Assembly: GCA_029932645.1 (NCBI GenBank)
Contig: JAOZPR010000002.1
Span: forward strand, 17,211 to 44,333
Direction: 5' to 3'
Source of the DNA: Candidatus Aenigmatarchaeota archaeon
Lineage (GTDB): Archaea > Aenigmatarchaeota > Aenigmatarchaeia > GW2011-AR5 > JAGGXF01
Length of the DNA stretch: 27,123 nucleotides
Positions 25,286 to 27,123 of the stretch are shown piece by piece (positions within the stretch are counted from its first letter, which is position 1; every line of letters begins with the position of its first letter). The notes beneath the pieces are model-generated. The model saw only the letters and a program-made list of their open reading frames with translations. It did not search any database and was not told the DNA's origin. A program made the translations under genes and the position numbers.

Positions 25286-26821
25286 TTACGCTTTGCTAAA
25301 ATCCTTCAGCGTCTTTTCCTTCATTCTATAAAGGATTTTTGTCATCTTGCTCTCTTTATGTTTTGCAGCCCAGTAATATGCCTCGTCGCGCGTGTTCTTG
25401 GTTATGAGTATGTAGACACGACCCATTTGCTCTCTACCGACCCTGCCCCGGCGCTGGACAGTTCGTATTGCCGAAGGCACAGGCTCGTAGAATATTGCTG
25501 CTGTGGCGCTGCCTAAATGCAGCCCTTCTTCACCTATGCTCGTGCAGACAAGGCAGTTGTAGAACCCAAGGTCGTAGTCATTGATAAGTCTTACCTGCTC
25601 CTTTTGGTTCAAGCCACGCGAGCCAGCCTGACCTATGAGGGCAACAGGTTTGCACCCCGCCGTCTTCTTAAGTTCCTCAATTATCTTGTCTACTGTATCT
25701 CTGTATTGTGTGAATATTATCAACCGCGCATCCTTGCTGTGCTCGAATTCCTGCGCAACGATTGAGCATAGTTTAACCATTTTCGGATGCTCTTTACCCT
25801 CGTCAATGAGTTCTTTGAGTAGGCGTGCAGCATCCTTAAAGTTCTTATTCGCAATCAGACGGGCAGCTGCTTTTGTACCGCCATCAATCCCCTCGCGTAC
25901 AACTTTATCCATGTATTTTTTCATGCTGTGCAGGCATTGTGTTTCCAGAAGCATAATTGCATGGTCCACCTTAATAATCTCTGCTATCAAAGACATGGCT
26001 GCGAAGCTTGAGCCGCTTTTGCTGCGCGCCAGGCTTTGCTGCAGGGTCAGCAACTGAGATTTGGTAACGCGCGAAGAACGGATTATGTTCCATTTCATCA
26101 GCATATTCAGCTTTTCATCCTTTATCTGTTCCAGATATTTTTTGATGCTCTGCATGGGCTTTGTGAGCTCCAGTTCGACCCACTCCGTTTGCACGGACTT
26201 TATGTAAGGCGTGACATCAGTATCATCCTTTGTCCTTACCTCTACATTCTTAATGAAAAGCGCCTTTTTAACTTGTTCTATTTTATATCGGTGCCCGCCA
26301 GGCGACGCAGTCAGTGCAAGTATGAGAGGCTTTTCCGATTGCTGTATGTATTTCTTTGCGACGTATGTGTATGCATAATTCTTGACAGCCCGATGCGCTT
26401 CATCTACGATAAGAAGAGAGTAATCCTTCATATTTAGTACGCCCTTTTTCAGGTCATTGCGTATGGTCTGAGGCGTGGACACGACAATATCTGCTTTTTT
26501 ATAGAGCTCCCCGCGTTCGGTCGGTTTTATCTTACCGGTTATGACCTTTATCTCATCAGGCCCGACTTTAAGAAACCGGTCAAGGCTTTTCTTGTGCTGG
26601 TTCACGAGTGGCTTGCTGGGCGCCATGAACATGATTTTCTTGTGCATGTCCTGTTCCAGTCTGTAGGCAGCGACAAGCGCAGCTAGAGGTGTTTTACCCA
26701 TACCTGTCGGCAGCACGACCAGCATGTTGCCATCAAGCGCGCGCTTTGCTATCTTTTCCTGATACGTCCGCCTTTCCATACTCCGCGGGTTTATCCAGCG
26801 ATGCTCTACATAATCAGTCAT
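25286..26821 (-). CDS. Hef/FANCM/Mph1-type SF2 helicase without a fused nuclease
   Basis: ERRTYQ, LPTGMGKT, DEAHRA, LTASPG, HPKM, IIFTQYRDT, TSIGEEGL, FYEPVPS and QRRGRVGR. Start reset to MTDYVEH (26821). Confidence 0.92.
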   Translation of the reverse strand: MTDYVEHRWINPRSMERRTYQEKIAKRALDGNMLVVLPTGMGKTPLAALVAAYRLEQDMHKKIMFMAPSKPLVNQHKKSLDRFLKVGPDEIKVITGKIKPTERGELYKKADIVVSTPQTIRNDLKKGVLNMKDYSLLIVDEAHRAVKNYAYTYVAKKYIQQSEKPLILALTASPGGHRYKIEQVKKALFIKNVEVRTKDDTDVTPYIKSVQTEWVELELTKPMQSIKKYLEQIKDEKLNMLMKWNIIRSSRVTKSQLLTLQQSLARSKSGSSFAAMSLIAEIIKVDHAIMLLETQCLHSMKKYMDKVVREGIDGGTKAAARLIANKNFKDAARLLKELIDEGKEHPKMVKLCSIVAQEFEHSKDARLIIFTQYRDTVDKIIEELKKTAGCKPVALIGQAGSRGLNQKEQVRLINDYDLGFYNCLVCTSIGEEGLHLGSATAAIFYEPVPSAIRTVQRRGRVGREQMGRVYILITKNTRDEAYYWAAKHKESKMTKILYRMKEKTLKDFSKA

Positions 26822-26873
26822 GATAATAACTTCAATGGAAAAATTTAATAAAGCTCGAGATATAAGTTTATTT

Positions 26874-27123
26874 ATGTGTTTTAAAGAGCTGCTCAGGCCA
26901 GAATGGAAAAAATTTGTTTTACCAATTATTTTCATAATACTTTTCTTATTTACAATAAGCACATTTTATTCTGTCGCTTCTGTTATGGATAAATATGTTT
27001 GTGATATCGCTTCCTTATTTCAACAACAAGAGGACAGTTTCAAACAAAAGGATATGGTTGCTTTTAATCAAACAGTTGAAGAAATGAACACTTTGAGAGA
27101 AGAAATGATGAATGAATTGAAAT
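26874..27123 (+). CDS. Partial membrane-anchored hypothetical protein running off the window
   Basis: Own translation MCFKELLRPEWKKFVLPIIFIILFLFTISTFYSVASVMDKY... is open to the window end and has an N-terminal TM. Confidence 0.7.
   Translation, partial: MCFKELLRPEWKKFVLPIIFIILFLFTISTFYSVASVMDKYVCDIASLFQQQEDSFKQKDMVAFNQTVEEMNTLREEMMNELK

Noticed and set aside
26822..26962. N-terminal extension of the Hef helicase ORF
   Set aside because: It would overlap the divergent + strand ORF and the promoter. Hef-like sequence begins at MTDYVEH.
1..27123. tRNA/rRNA genes, transposases, integrases and stop-codon recoding
   Set aside because: I recognised none by eye, and conserved genes end at expected positions with TAA, TAG or TGA. 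tRNAscan-SE or Infernal would be needed to exclude small RNAs formally.

Overview
Archaeal chromosomal window. The basis is the archaea-specific GatD, TBP, MCM, an RPA32-like protein, Dph5/Dph6, deoxyhypusine synthase, GGTGA-type Shine-Dalgarno sites and BRE/TATA-like promoters. Compact spacing and an uncharacterised membrane-protein family suggest a DPANN-type lineage (inference). Most genes are housekeeping: translation and translation-factor modification (gatD, dph6, dph5, dys, agmatinase-like, MTA/SAH deaminase), replication, repair and transcription (nth, tbp, mcm, RPA32-like, Hef helicase, ERCC4 nuclease) and ion transport (MscS, CorA, SERCA-like P-type ATPase). AT-rich ORFans and a PAS kinase/receiver pair are interspersed. 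The most notable points are: Hef split into separate helicase and nuclease genes; a repeat-rich ~320-bp spacer before mcm (candidate origin or regulatory element); a tandem pair of paralogous membrane proteins with a 20-bp direct repeat between them; a Zn-ribbon protein with a C-terminal YIG tail; an unlisted 53-aa membrane ORF; very short bidirectional promoters; and recurrent short tandem duplications in intergenic DNA. I saw no tRNA, rRNA, CRISPR array, integrase or transposase, and no unambiguous new multi-gene system is demonstrable from sequence alone. All family calls are from motif recognition, not database searches.
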